Shown here piece after piece: positions 49,660-59,540 of a stretch of DNA of 64,000 nt (position 1 is its first letter; the number at the start of each line of letters is the position of its first letter). The notes beneath the pieces are model-generated. The model saw only the letters and a program-made list of their open reading frames with translations. It was not told the origin of the DNA and did not search any database. The stretch is from Alistipes sp. (GTDB taxonomy: Bacteria; Bacteroidota; Bacteroidia; Bacteroidales; Rikenellaceae): contig JAFLRT010000001.1 in assembly GCA_022511295.1 (NCBI GenBank), forward strand, positions 21,465 through 85,464, written 5' to 3'. A program made the position numbers and the translations under genes.

Positions 49660-51321
49660 CTACTCGGTCCAGGGTTTAATCTTGCCCGAGGGGTCGGGAT
49701 TGTTATAGTCCTCGATAGCGGTGTTGTTCTGGGTTTCGCCACGCGATATGACGAAGTTCCAGTATGGCGCACGGCCGTCGCAGTTCAGACGGTATGATGC
49801 AGGCGAGTTGGTGCCTACATAACCTCTGCGCGATGACATATTCAGACGCTTCATATCGAACATCACGATGCCCTCTCCCCAGAACTCGATACGCTTCTGA
49901 AGCATAAGTTCATTGGTGAAGGTCTCGATGGTACGCGCACGGTTCGTACAGTCGTACTTGTAGTTGGCGTCTATTATGCGGTAGTTGTTCATAAAGTTAT
50001 TGAGCATCTGCGCCGCCTCAGGCAGACGTCCCGGAATATGAGCCGTAGCCTCTGCCTCAATGAAATACATCTCCTCGACGCGCATACAGCAGTGGTCTGC
50101 CGCACCGCCAACCATAAAGTCTATGTAATTGCCCTGTGCAGGACGGAACTTGATGTTGCAGTAGTCTTTGAGCCTCTCGGTAAACCATTCGTCGCCATCC
50201 TTACGGCAACTGCGGTAGTTGTATACACTGCGGTTGGGGTCGAGCCACGAGCGTTTGCGGAAGTCGCGGCTGTCGATACTGTTGTAGAGATTCTTGTTTA
50301 TGCCTCGTCCCACTTCACTTGCATAGGCGCTCCACGATTCAGCCGCCATGTGTGCCGTGAAGCAGAACAGAGGAGCGACACTCTCGCTGGGCAGAGCCAA
50401 AGCCCATATCCATGAGTTGTTTGAGTTGGCGTTGTTGAAGCCGTTCGAGGGGTCTTCCCACTCATCGCGTGTGAGAGGCGTGCAACCGCTTGCCGAGATA
50501 GCCTTGCGGGCATATTCCGCAGCATAGGTAAATGCCTCCACGTCATCTTCGGAGTTATCCGTAGGTTTACCGCGCTCGAGCCATGCACGAGCCTTGAGTC
50601 CGTATACGAAAGGCAGACCTATAGTGTACTTGTCCGGAGCGGTATAACCCGAGAGCAGCGCTTCAGCCATATCCAAATCGGGGAAGATGACATTGTTATA
50701 GATATCATCAACCTTTGCTCTGGGGTTGTTCTTGCCGTCGCTCTCCTTGGTGTCGGGCAGCACGATAGGTACTCCGAGACCCTCGACGTTCGGACCGTCG
50801 GTAACCGTATTGGGTCGGAATTCGTACATACGCACGAGGTCAAGGTAGAACATTGCGCGATAGGCGTATGCCTGACCGAGATATGCACGCTGTGTTGCAT
50901 CCAAGCCGGTCATATCGCCGTTTACATTTATCTTCTTTATGACCTGGTTGGCCATATCAATCCATGTGTAGAAGGTGTTCCACGTAAGCACGCATACAGC
51001 GTAGTCGCCGCCCAATGCCTCGTTGGTACCCCACTGATTGAACCAGTCGTAACCGATACTTCCGGTGATAACCAAGTCTCCCGTCATCGACTCCATAGCC
51101 AGATGTATTGCCGGATAGCCGAAATCCCATGCGGCACCTTGTCCCGAGTAACCGGCAGAGCCGGCCTTGACCATTGCTGCAGGTATACCGCGCAGCAGTG
51201 TCTCGAGTGTTACCTGCTTTTCGGTTGCCGTACCGCCGGAAGGTTCTATCTCCTTGATGCAGCTGCCCAGTGAAAGGGTGCAGAGCGCTGCGGCGGTGAT
51301 TATTGTTATGATTTTTTTCAT
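49660..51321 (-). CDS. SusD/RagB family nutrient-binding lipoprotein
   Basis: Lipobox LGSC; AYAYRAMFYLDL, MRVEEMYFIEAEA, KRIEFWGEG...DMKR. Confidence 0.93.
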   Translation of the reverse strand: MKKIITIITAAALCTLSLGSCIKEIEPSGGTATEKQVTLETLLRGIPAAMVKAGSAGYSGQGAAWDFGYPAIHLAMESMTGDLVITGSIGYDWFNQWGTNEALGGDYAVCVLTWNTFYTWIDMANQVIKKINVNGDMTGLDATQRAYLGQAYAYRAMFYLDLVRMYEFRPNTVTDGPNVEGLGVPIVLPDTKESDGKNNPRAKVDDIYNNVIFPDLDMAEALLSGYTAPDKYTIGLPFVYGLKARAWLERGKPTDNSEDDVEAFTYAAEYARKAISASGCTPLTRDEWEDPSNGFNNANSNNSWIWALALPSESVAPLFCFTAHMAAESWSAYASEVGRGINKNLYNSIDSRDFRKRSWLDPNRSVYNYRSCRKDGDEWFTERLKDYCNIKFRPAQGNYIDFMVGGAADHCCMRVEEMYFIEAEATAHIPGRLPEAAQMLNNFMNNYRIIDANYKYDCTNRARTIETFTNELMLQKRIEFWGEGIVMFDMKRLNMSSRRGYVGTNSPASYRLNCDGRAPYWNFVISRGETQNNTAIEDYNNPDPSGKIKPWTE

Positions 51322-51341
51322 AGTTTTCACAATCAATCAAA

Positions 51342-54300
51342 TTAGAACTGTATGTTTATACCTCCCGATATCGTTCTTACGGGCGAATATACCGTGTGGT
51401 CAGAACCGCCGCTGAACGACTGACGCGGGTCGAGACCCTGACGGCGCGACCAGTACCATACGTTGTCGCATGAGAGGTAAATCCTAATCTTGTCAACGAA
51501 GAACTTGCGTGTTATGCTGTTGGGAAGCGTGTAGCCTACGTTTATGTTCTGAATATTGAAGTAACTTGCGTCTACCAGGAATCGGTCTGACTGTGCATTC
51601 TGGTTCTGGTCCTCGAATTGCAGACGCGGAATATCGGAACCTCTGTTGTCGGGACTCCAGGCGTTGAGAATATCCTTGTGCCAGTTAAGACCCGTCGAAC
51701 TGTTGGCAGGCGAGTACATCGCAGCCGAATAACCCGAGTCGTATACCAGACCGCCTATCTGATAGGTGAAGTCCACGCCGACATCGACACCGAAGAAACT
51801 TACGCTGGTGCTGATACCTCCGTAAAGTTTCGGTATCGGGTTGCCGCAGAGATATTTCGTCGCCTCTGCATAATCGGTGGTGGTTGTTTTGCGTCCTGTG
51901 AGGTTGCCGTTATCATCCTCCTCATCGACATACCACATCGATTTACCCTCATCCGATACACCGGCATACTTGGGCATATAGAATGTATATACCGGCAGAC
52001 CCTGACCGTAGAAGGTCGAACCGCTGACATAACCCTCATAGCCCTCCACAACCAAATTGCGGCGCTCCTGCGGGAGCATCGTAATCTTGTTGCGCAGGTG
52101 GCTCATATTGAGGCTGATATCCCATACCACATTCTTGCGCTGTATGGGTACGAAGTTAAGTTCTATTTCCACACCGTAGTTCGACATATCACCCACGTTG
52201 GCGTAGTATGACGAGTAACCCATCGAAGGTGCTACGGGGAACGAGAGAAGCATATCCGTCGTGCGGCGCAGGAAGTATTCGACACCTCCCGATATCTTAC
52301 CGTTCAGGAAACCGAACTCGACACCGGCATTGAAGTTGGAGTTGGTCTCCCAGGTTATCTTCTTTGCGCCGTGTGCTGCCGGTACGGTTGAAACCTGTCC
52401 GTTGGCATTCTCAATCGAGTAGAGGTTAGTGTAGCGGAAGTCGCCGATATTGTCGTTACCCTGCGAACCTATCGAAGCCTTGAGTTTGAGATTGTCAAGC
52501 CACGACGATGTGCTGCTCATAAAGTTCTCGTGCGAGATAATCCACGCTGCACCGAGCGACCAGAAGTTACCCCAGCGATAGTTGGGATGGAATCGCGATG
52601 ATGCGTCGCAACGGTACGATGCCGAAGCGAAGTAGCGGTTGTCGTAGTCGTACATAACGCGAGTGAAGAAACCCTCGTTGTTGTACTCTCCGAAGCCTGA
52701 CGAAGCGGACTGCATATCCGTAATGGCGCCGCCCAATTCGAGGTTGTCGGGTGAGAACATACCGCTCTTGCTGCCGCCTACCGAGTATGAACGTGAGTCA
52801 TAGTATTCGTGGCCCAGCATAGCATTAATATTGTGGAAACCTATCTGCTTGTTATAGGTAAGTATCTGCTGGAGGTTGTAGTCGAACAGACGCGAGTGGC
52901 CTACCGAAATCATACCTTTGGATTCGGCATAGTGTCCGAACCAGGGGTTCATGGTCGAGGTGCTTCGTGTCTCGTCGAGTGAAACGCCGGCATTGAAGGT
53001 GAATTTGAAATCCTTGAGGAAGGAAATCTCGAAGTAACCCGTGGCGTTGAGTGCGCTTCCCTCCGACAAGGATTTGTTCAAGAGCGACTCTGCAAGTGCA
53101 TTTCCGTTGGGGAAGAGTGAGCGAATCATACCCGCATTGTCTCCGTTACCGAAATCGTAGAGCTGTATTCCGTCCTCGTTATACATAAATTTCTTGTTTC
53201 CATCGCGAATGTATAGCGGATATATCGGACCCAACTGTGCCGTGTAGGCGAAAATATTTCCCGACGAGTTGCTTCCGCCGCCTCCGATAGAGTTGTAGTT
53301 GAAACGTGCATAAGTGGCATTGATACCAGCCTTAAACCATTTCTTTGCCTGGTAGTCGAACTTACCGCGCACGGTGTAGCGCTCCATATCGGAGTTGCGG
53401 ACGATACCCTTGTCGTTCAGATAGCCGGCAGATACATACGCCGAGAACTTCTCGCCCGAGCCATTGACGCTGGCGTTGTACTCCTGACGCAACGAGTTGC
53501 GATAGGCCTCTTTTGTCCAGTTGTCCGGCTGTATCCAATACTCCTGACCTGCATAAACCACTCTGCGACCGAGTGTTGCATTGGGATTGACCTTGCCGTT
53601 GAAGCCTATGAAGTCCTCACCCGAAGGAACGGCGTATACCTGATAGCCCAAACCGCCCATATTGGCTGTACCGGTAAGGTTGGCATTGGCGCGTTTGTGC
53701 GCTTCGTATGCCGACAAACCTCCGGACTCCATATAGTAGTTTTTCAGAGCGTTGTAATGCGTCTCATAGAAGAGTTTAGGACTCTTTATGTACTCATACT
53801 CCTGCTGTGCGCGCGAATTGACACCCCATTTTGCATCTATCGTAACGGTCGCTTCACGAGCCTTACCCTTCTTGGTCGTAACCATAATGACACCGTTTGC
53901 ACCTCGCGCACCATAGAGGGCATTCGATGCTGCATCCTTCAAGACGGTCATCGATTCGATATCGTTGGCATTAAGGTTGTTAAGGTCTCCGGAATAGGGC
54001 ATGCCGTCTACAATCCACAGAGGACTGTTGCCTGCGTTGAGAGAACCGAATCCGCGAATACGTATATCGACACCCGAACCCGGCTGACCGGATGAGGTTG
54101 TCATCTGCACACCGGCCACACGACCCGACAGAGCCTTGGCGATATTCGAACTTTGCGTCTTGCCGATATCGTCGGACTTGATGACGCCCGCCGAACCGGT
54201 GAAGGCCTCTTTCTTCGCAGTACCGAAAGCGACCACAATCACATCGTCGATGGACTGCGACTGCTCGGTAAGGGTTATCTCTATAAATGTTTTGCCGGCA

Positions 54301-54548
54301 ACTTCCACTGTTGCATCGTTGTAGCCTATAAATGAGGCGGTGATTTTGTCGTTGTCTTTTACAACGAGACTGAAATCTCCGTCAATGCCTGTCGATGTAC
54401 CGTTGGTCGTGCCGTCCACAACAACAGCGGCTCCCATTACGGGTTGACCTGAGGCATCGACTACTTTGCCTTTCAGCGTATGTGTCTGGGCATATAACTG
54501 CACAACGCCGAGTATAGCGGCAAAGGTTAGTAAGAGTTTTCTCATCAT
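51342..54548 (-). CDS. SusC/RagA family TonB-dependent transporter
   Basis: DDVIVVAFGT, PLWIVDG, VLKDAASNALYGARGANGVIMVTTKKG, terminal F. Confidence 0.95.
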   Translation of the reverse strand: MMRKLLLTFAAILGVVQLYAQTHTLKGKVVDASGQPVMGAAVVVDGTTNGTSTGIDGDFSLVVKDNDKITASFIGYNDATVEVAGKTFIEITLTEQSQSIDDVIVVAFGTAKKEAFTGSAGVIKSDDIGKTQSSNIAKALSGRVAGVQMTTSSGQPGSGVDIRIRGFGSLNAGNSPLWIVDGMPYSGDLNNLNANDIESMTVLKDAASNALYGARGANGVIMVTTKKGKAREATVTIDAKWGVNSRAQQEYEYIKSPKLFYETHYNALKNYYMESGGLSAYEAHKRANANLTGTANMGGLGYQVYAVPSGEDFIGFNGKVNPNATLGRRVVYAGQEYWIQPDNWTKEAYRNSLRQEYNASVNGSGEKFSAYVSAGYLNDKGIVRNSDMERYTVRGKFDYQAKKWFKAGINATYARFNYNSIGGGGSNSSGNIFAYTAQLGPIYPLYIRDGNKKFMYNEDGIQLYDFGNGDNAGMIRSLFPNGNALAESLLNKSLSEGSALNATGYFEISFLKDFKFTFNAGVSLDETRSTSTMNPWFGHYAESKGMISVGHSRLFDYNLQQILTYNKQIGFHNINAMLGHEYYDSRSYSVGGSKSGMFSPDNLELGGAITDMQSASSGFGEYNNEGFFTRVMYDYDNRYFASASYRCDASSRFHPNYRWGNFWSLGAAWIISHENFMSSTSSWLDNLKLKASIGSQGNDNIGDFRYTNLYSIENANGQVSTVPAAHGAKKITWETNSNFNAGVEFGFLNGKISGGVEYFLRRTTDMLLSFPVAPSMGYSSYYANVGDMSNYGVEIELNFVPIQRKNVVWDISLNMSHLRNKITMLPQERRNLVVEGYEGYVSGSTFYGQGLPVYTFYMPKYAGVSDEGKSMWYVDEEDDNGNLTGRKTTTTDYAEATKYLCGNPIPKLYGGISTSVSFFGVDVGVDFTYQIGGLVYDSGYSAAMYSPANSSTGLNWHKDILNAWSPDNRGSDIPRLQFEDQNQNAQSDRFLVDASYFNIQNINVGYTLPNSITRKFFVDKIRIYLSCDNVWYWSRRQGLDPRQSFSGGSDHTVYSPVRTISGGINIQF

Positions 54549-54620
54549 ATCGTTATATAGTTTTAGGCGATATTGTTTGCGGCTATCGCCGCCGCATCAT
54601 GTTGTTTCAGTTACTGTTTA

Positions 54621-56642
54621 TTACTTTTCTATAACAGCCAAATCATCTTCGGTAAGGACATTATTGTTGCCTCTGCGGTCGCTCTTCGTTCCGGTGTAAA
54701 GTGTTGCCGGGAAGTTGCGAACCTCTAACAGCGTGGTGTAACCGCTACCTTTTTCACCATATTCCGTCCTCTCAAGTTCGAGGCAGCAGAAGGTGATATT
54801 AAATGTATGGTCTGCGTTCTGGGACACCTGCAACCAGCCTTTCGACGGCATATTCTGTCCATATTGACCATTGTACATACCCAATGCTGCTCCCTGGTAA
54901 TAGGTGTTGTTGTTGTAATGGTATTGCCAGTATACATTGTCGGATGTATCGTAAATCTTGATTCTCTTGCCGAAGGCCTCTTCCGGCACTACAAGCATTG
55001 GATAATAAATAGGGTCATCGACCTCGGCACCGCTCCATAAACCATCTCTTTTGAAATAGAAGGCATAGTAGTAACCGCTGCCGCCGGCTTTTCCGCCCTG
55101 AACCGATATCTGATTGGATTTCGTTACCTGTAGCTGAATGATATCAAACACCTTCTCTGCATTAGCAATGGGTGTGAACATATCTTTGCTCTCATGACCC
55201 TTTTCGTCCACCCAGCTGGCAAGCGAGGTGTTCTTGTTGTAGAAACTGAGTTTAGCCGTTACAACCTCGTGCGGCGTAAGAATACTTACCATACTCTCAT
55301 CGCTTCCAAGTGTTATCTCATTGGCGGGTCCGTAGTATTCGGCGTTGTACTTCTTGCCGTTGAACTCTGCCTCAAACTTTATATATACATTGGAGTCGTA
55401 GAGGTAGTAGTATAGCGTTGCATTGTTGGCTATCGAGGTCGTGTAATCCTCATAGTCATAGAGAGTTACATTTGACAGAGCCTCTGTTATCGCATTGGCG
55501 TTGAGCGTAAATTTGCCATCGCCGGCGCCTGCTGCAATGCTGAACGATACGGCCCATGCGCCACTCTCTCCGTCGCGACGCAGAGCGCTCAGTTCGGTTG
55601 CAGAACTGTTACCGAATGCGAAATAGAGTTTCAGGTCGGTGGTATTGTGATATGTAAAGAGCGTGCCGAATGGACTCTCACTGTCGTTTGCCGAGCAGGT
55701 ATTGCTGCTATCATAGACTACACTTACACTGCCCGAGTATGATACACGTACCATCTTATCGCCATTGGAGTAGGTCATGATGATTTTGCGCAGCGCTTCA
55801 CCCGTAGGGCTGTCCATATAACCTGCATAGAACGTACCCTTGGCATTCGAGGCGTAGTTTTCAGGCATATCGCGGCAAATGATTGCAGTACCTTCTGCCA
55901 GGCCGTCGGCAAACTTCTGTTTGAAGTCAGGAGCCTTGCCGTTCTCGTATGCCACAGCACCATCCACAAGCCCTTTTGGAACTCGCAGGGTAATGAGCGC
56001 CTTCTCAGCATCAGCCTCAGTTACGTTTTTCTCTTTATATAAATAATAGGTATAGATGCCTTCAACCTCGTTGCGCGACTCAACCGCGCTGTTTATCGTC
56101 GTCGGTGCTGAATTGTCGACGGCATAGGCATTTCCCGTCAGTTCGGGAATAGCATCCTCGCGGCACTCGTCGTTATAACGTGCATAGAATGCAGTGAACT
56201 GCTTGCATTTCTCAAAGTCTATTGCAAGGGTACACTTGCCGCCGGCATAGGTCAAAGCGACACTGCGCTCAGCAAAGTCATCCGAGCAAAGAGTGTAATC
56301 CGACGTGGCGAACTCTACATACGCCTCGGGATGCAACTCCTCTTCAGGATTCTCAACGCCTGAAACCTTCAGAACCTTAGTCGCTGTAAGCATTTCGCTT
56401 ACGTTGGTAACACCCGATTCTTCAGTAAAGTAGAAAGTGTATGTTCCATCCTCCTCGACCTCGTATACAGCCGACCGGAGTCTTGTTACTGAACCGCTCT
56501 CCACGCTTTTTCCTACAAGCACCCAATTGTTGCCGGCAGGCATTGTCGCTCCGCCCGGTGTTGGGTCTCCATTGTCCTTCTTACAACTGTTCAACGAGGT
56601 GAGAACCATCATGATAGTTGCAATGAAACTCAATTTTTTCAT
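54621..56642 (-). CDS. Hypothetical multidomain surface lipoprotein
   Basis: Lipobox LNSC-KKD; internal repeats; no catalytic motif recognised. Confidence 0.8.
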   Translation of the reverse strand: MKKLSFIATIMMVLTSLNSCKKDNGDPTPGGATMPAGNNWVLVGKSVESGSVTRLRSAVYEVEEDGTYTFYFTEESGVTNVSEMLTATKVLKVSGVENPEEELHPEAYVEFATSDYTLCSDDFAERSVALTYAGGKCTLAIDFEKCKQFTAFYARYNDECREDAIPELTGNAYAVDNSAPTTINSAVESRNEVEGIYTYYLYKEKNVTEADAEKALITLRVPKGLVDGAVAYENGKAPDFKQKFADGLAEGTAIICRDMPENYASNAKGTFYAGYMDSPTGEALRKIIMTYSNGDKMVRVSYSGSVSVVYDSSNTCSANDSESPFGTLFTYHNTTDLKLYFAFGNSSATELSALRRDGESGAWAVSFSIAAGAGDGKFTLNANAITEALSNVTLYDYEDYTTSIANNATLYYYLYDSNVYIKFEAEFNGKKYNAEYYGPANEITLGSDESMVSILTPHEVVTAKLSFYNKNTSLASWVDEKGHESKDMFTPIANAEKVFDIIQLQVTKSNQISVQGGKAGGSGYYYAFYFKRDGLWSGAEVDDPIYYPMLVVPEEAFGKRIKIYDTSDNVYWQYHYNNNTYYQGAALGMYNGQYGQNMPSKGWLQVSQNADHTFNITFCCLELERTEYGEKGSGYTTLLEVRNFPATLYTGTKSDRRGNNNVLTEDDLAVIEK

Positions 56643-56791
56643 CTGTATTCTCCTTTTATCGCGTCGTGGGCGCCGCGCTTAACATAGCACGACGCCTATC
56701 GACGTTTTTTGTTTATATTCTTAATTATCGGGCAGTTGCCCCATACAATCCCGCAAAGGGAAGTCTGAAGACCTCCCTTGCCGGTTGCAGT

Positions 56792-59068
56792 TTAATGTAA
56801 TCTTACGATTGCAGGCGCTGCATTTGTACTCTTTGCGCTCTCAATTTCCATCTTGCGTGCGGTCTCGCCTGTAATGTTGCGGCCGAGACTTATACCGCTC
56901 TTCTGAAGAAGCATAGGTGCATGCCAACTCTTTGTCGAGGAGGTTTCCTCGGGGGCCTCAAGACCTGCTACGGGTCCTGTCCATTGACCTCTTACGTGGT
57001 GTTCGCGTACGCAGATGCAGTCTACGTCGAAGGTGTAATGACCCTTTTCATCGGGACCGGTAATTGTAACCTCACCGCCGTAGAAGAACGCATGACCGTC
57101 CATTTCCGACAAATGACCGGAACTGCTTTCTTTGTGATGCTCCCAGTGAGAGGTATATGATTCGCCGTTAATCATCATACCGCGAATTGCAACACCCTCG
57201 CCGTTCTCCATCGGATGGAAGTATGCCGGCCAGCGATGCTCGGATATAGTGTAGTGGCCTGCCTTGAGTTGACGCTCCTCGCCGGGTGCCGTTACAAGTT
57301 CGAGCGCCAAGAAGTCGCCCACATTTACACTGCCGTCAGGGTTGTTATTAGCACCCAGGTTACCGAACACTATGGTCTGATAACCGATAGGTATATTGTC
57401 AGGATATTTTTCAGTATACTTATCTCTATCAATGAAACCTATGCCCTCAATATAGAGTCGCGGAGCAAGATAGAGGATTGCAGAGTCATAGCGCTCAAGG
57501 TCCATATCATAGTCCTCGGTAAGGGTCGAGGTGCCGTCATCGCTGCTGGATGTTACAGGCGACCATATCCAGTCTATGGGACCGTCGTATGAACCCTTCA
57601 TCGTTGCACCGGTTACAGAGACTAAGTCGAACTCTATACGCAGACCGCCGTCAGTACCTTCGGAAACCGTTATCGTGCCGCTCTCGCCATAGCCGAACAG
57701 GCCATAGTACGAACCGTCGTGCTTGTGTACGAATGTTCCGTAGGGCTGGATGCTGCCGTAGACGTTCATCTCGACTGGTTTGAACCAAGTACCGGGAATC
57801 GTAAACGTATTTGCCACCTCGTAGGTGCCGTACAGTTTATCTATCTGGCTATTGAGAGATTCCAGCGAGGGGAAGAGTGTCTCGGATGTCAGCAGCAGCG
57901 TTGCACCGTAAAAGTCATCATCGCCCTCGAGGTATTCGTTCTGGTAGAGTGTAAACTCAAACGAACCGTAGGCCTGCTCGCCCATACGACCGTAATATGC
58001 AGCATCGCAAGCATCAGCCTCGAACTGAACATCATCGGTGAACTGCGGCAGGAAGGTACTCGTCGAGTTGTAATAATCGAGGAAGTTGCCGATGTTGCCT
58101 CGGAATGCTATCATGCGTCGGCGGCCGCTTTCATCGACGAAGTATGCCGAGATAGTGGTAATGTTGTCGTCATCAGTAACAACGGTTATATCGCCGTCGA
58201 ACGGTCTGGAGGTCATCGTTTGATGACCGTTCTCGGTCGAGAACTCACCTATATAAGATACAGAGAGGTAGGTTCCCGCCTCGGAGTTGGAACTATTGCG
58301 GTAGTTGCCATTCGGAAGACGTGTCTTGTATGCGCTGTTGGGGATAGCCATAAATCCGATATGCATTGCATAACCTTCTTTGTCTACCAGCACGAGCGAG
58401 CCGTCGGTCGTGGTTGTCAACTGACCCGTCGCAACGATAATGTCGTACTCGTGGGCGTTGGTACCTGCACCCTGACCGAAATAGACAGCCTGTGCCACCT
58501 CGGTGCAGATTGCGACAGCCTCCTCCGTGAGGTCGATTGCCGGCCAGCGCGAAGCGTATCCGTAGTATGATGCCGAGATGGCTTTCTTGCCGTCATTGGC
58601 CGCTATCTCCATTGAGAAATCCGCCGTTGTGGGGGTAGCCAAGTCGAAGAACATCGACGAGATTGTGTAGTTGTGGCAGTTGGCGGACGTTACAGAGACC
58701 TCTTTGTAGGAGACCTCGTTCTTGGTCCCTGCAAAGTCGGCATTGCTGCCGCTGTTGTTCTCCGCCACCACGCGCATATACTCGCCGGAATTTATCATTC
58801 CGGTGATGTCGGTGATACCGCTTTTTGACGAGAAATAGAGTACGGTAGCACCGTCAATCTCCTCTTCGGTGTAAACAACCGATTTGATGTCGTAGATAAC
58901 ACCGTCGCAAGCGTACTGGTTGTTGAGTTTTTCAGGTTTTACGACTTTACCCGGAACTGCTTCCGGCTTGTCTGATTCGACACCGTTGTCGTTGTTGCAC
59001 GACACGGCAGCAAAAGCCAACACAATGGTTGGAACCAGAATCCTCATCAAAGAAGTAATCTTTTTCAT
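56792..59068 (-). CDS. Hypothetical multidomain surface lipoprotein
   Basis: Lipobox AVSC-NND; three internal beta-rich repeats; start MKKITS at 59068. Confidence 0.8.
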   Translation of the reverse strand: MKKITSLMRILVPTIVLAFAAVSCNNDNGVESDKPEAVPGKVVKPEKLNNQYACDGVIYDIKSVVYTEEEIDGATVLYFSSKSGITDITGMINSGEYMRVVAENNSGSNADFAGTKNEVSYKEVSVTSANCHNYTISSMFFDLATPTTADFSMEIAANDGKKAISASYYGYASRWPAIDLTEEAVAICTEVAQAVYFGQGAGTNAHEYDIIVATGQLTTTTDGSLVLVDKEGYAMHIGFMAIPNSAYKTRLPNGNYRNSSNSEAGTYLSVSYIGEFSTENGHQTMTSRPFDGDITVVTDDDNITTISAYFVDESGRRRMIAFRGNIGNFLDYYNSTSTFLPQFTDDVQFEADACDAAYYGRMGEQAYGSFEFTLYQNEYLEGDDDFYGATLLLTSETLFPSLESLNSQIDKLYGTYEVANTFTIPGTWFKPVEMNVYGSIQPYGTFVHKHDGSYYGLFGYGESGTITVSEGTDGGLRIEFDLVSVTGATMKGSYDGPIDWIWSPVTSSSDDGTSTLTEDYDMDLERYDSAILYLAPRLYIEGIGFIDRDKYTEKYPDNIPIGYQTIVFGNLGANNNPDGSVNVGDFLALELVTAPGEERQLKAGHYTISEHRWPAYFHPMENGEGVAIRGMMINGESYTSHWEHHKESSSGHLSEMDGHAFFYGGEVTITGPDEKGHYTFDVDCICVREHHVRGQWTGPVAGLEAPEETSSTKSWHAPMLLQKSGISLGRNITGETARKMEIESAKSTNAAPAIVRLH

Positions 59069-59121
59069 TTGCCTTAATTTATATATGGCGCGCACTTACG
59101 CCTGTTTTAATGGTTCTTAAA

Positions 59122-59230
59122 ACCGAAAAAGTGCAAGTGCTTCAACCGATTAGACTATGACATTCAGCCGGTAGAGAACCGATGTATGCCTGCTGGTTGC
59201 ACTTTTCGGTATATAAACGTTGCAAATGTA
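59122..59230 (-). promoter_or_regulatory. -7 box (TACATTTG, 59223-59230) and structured 5' leader of the lipoprotein/SusCD operon
   Basis: ACCGAAAAAGTGCAA (59122-59136) and TTGCACTTTTCGGT (59197-59210) form an inverted repeat just downstream of the box. Confidence 0.55.
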
Positions 59231-59540
59231 TAAAATTATTTTCCAAAATCAAATTAATGTTCCAAAAAAATATCAGGTGTTTCGTTCTTTTGAGCGGCGG
59301 CGTTGAGAGATTGTGCGCATGGATATGTACGCTGCCGGCAACTCAACAACAATAAAAAAGCGGTCAATAAAATATATCGCTTTGCGATGCGCAACTCACT
59401 CTGCGGCGCAGTCATTTTTCTGCTATTTGCATGATTTTGTCTCTATATGCTCTTGTCGAGCGGGGCGGTCAATGGCATTGCATCGTGCATTTTTTGCGTG
59501 TACGACTTTTTTCGCTATATTTGTCGTAAAATTTTCAATA

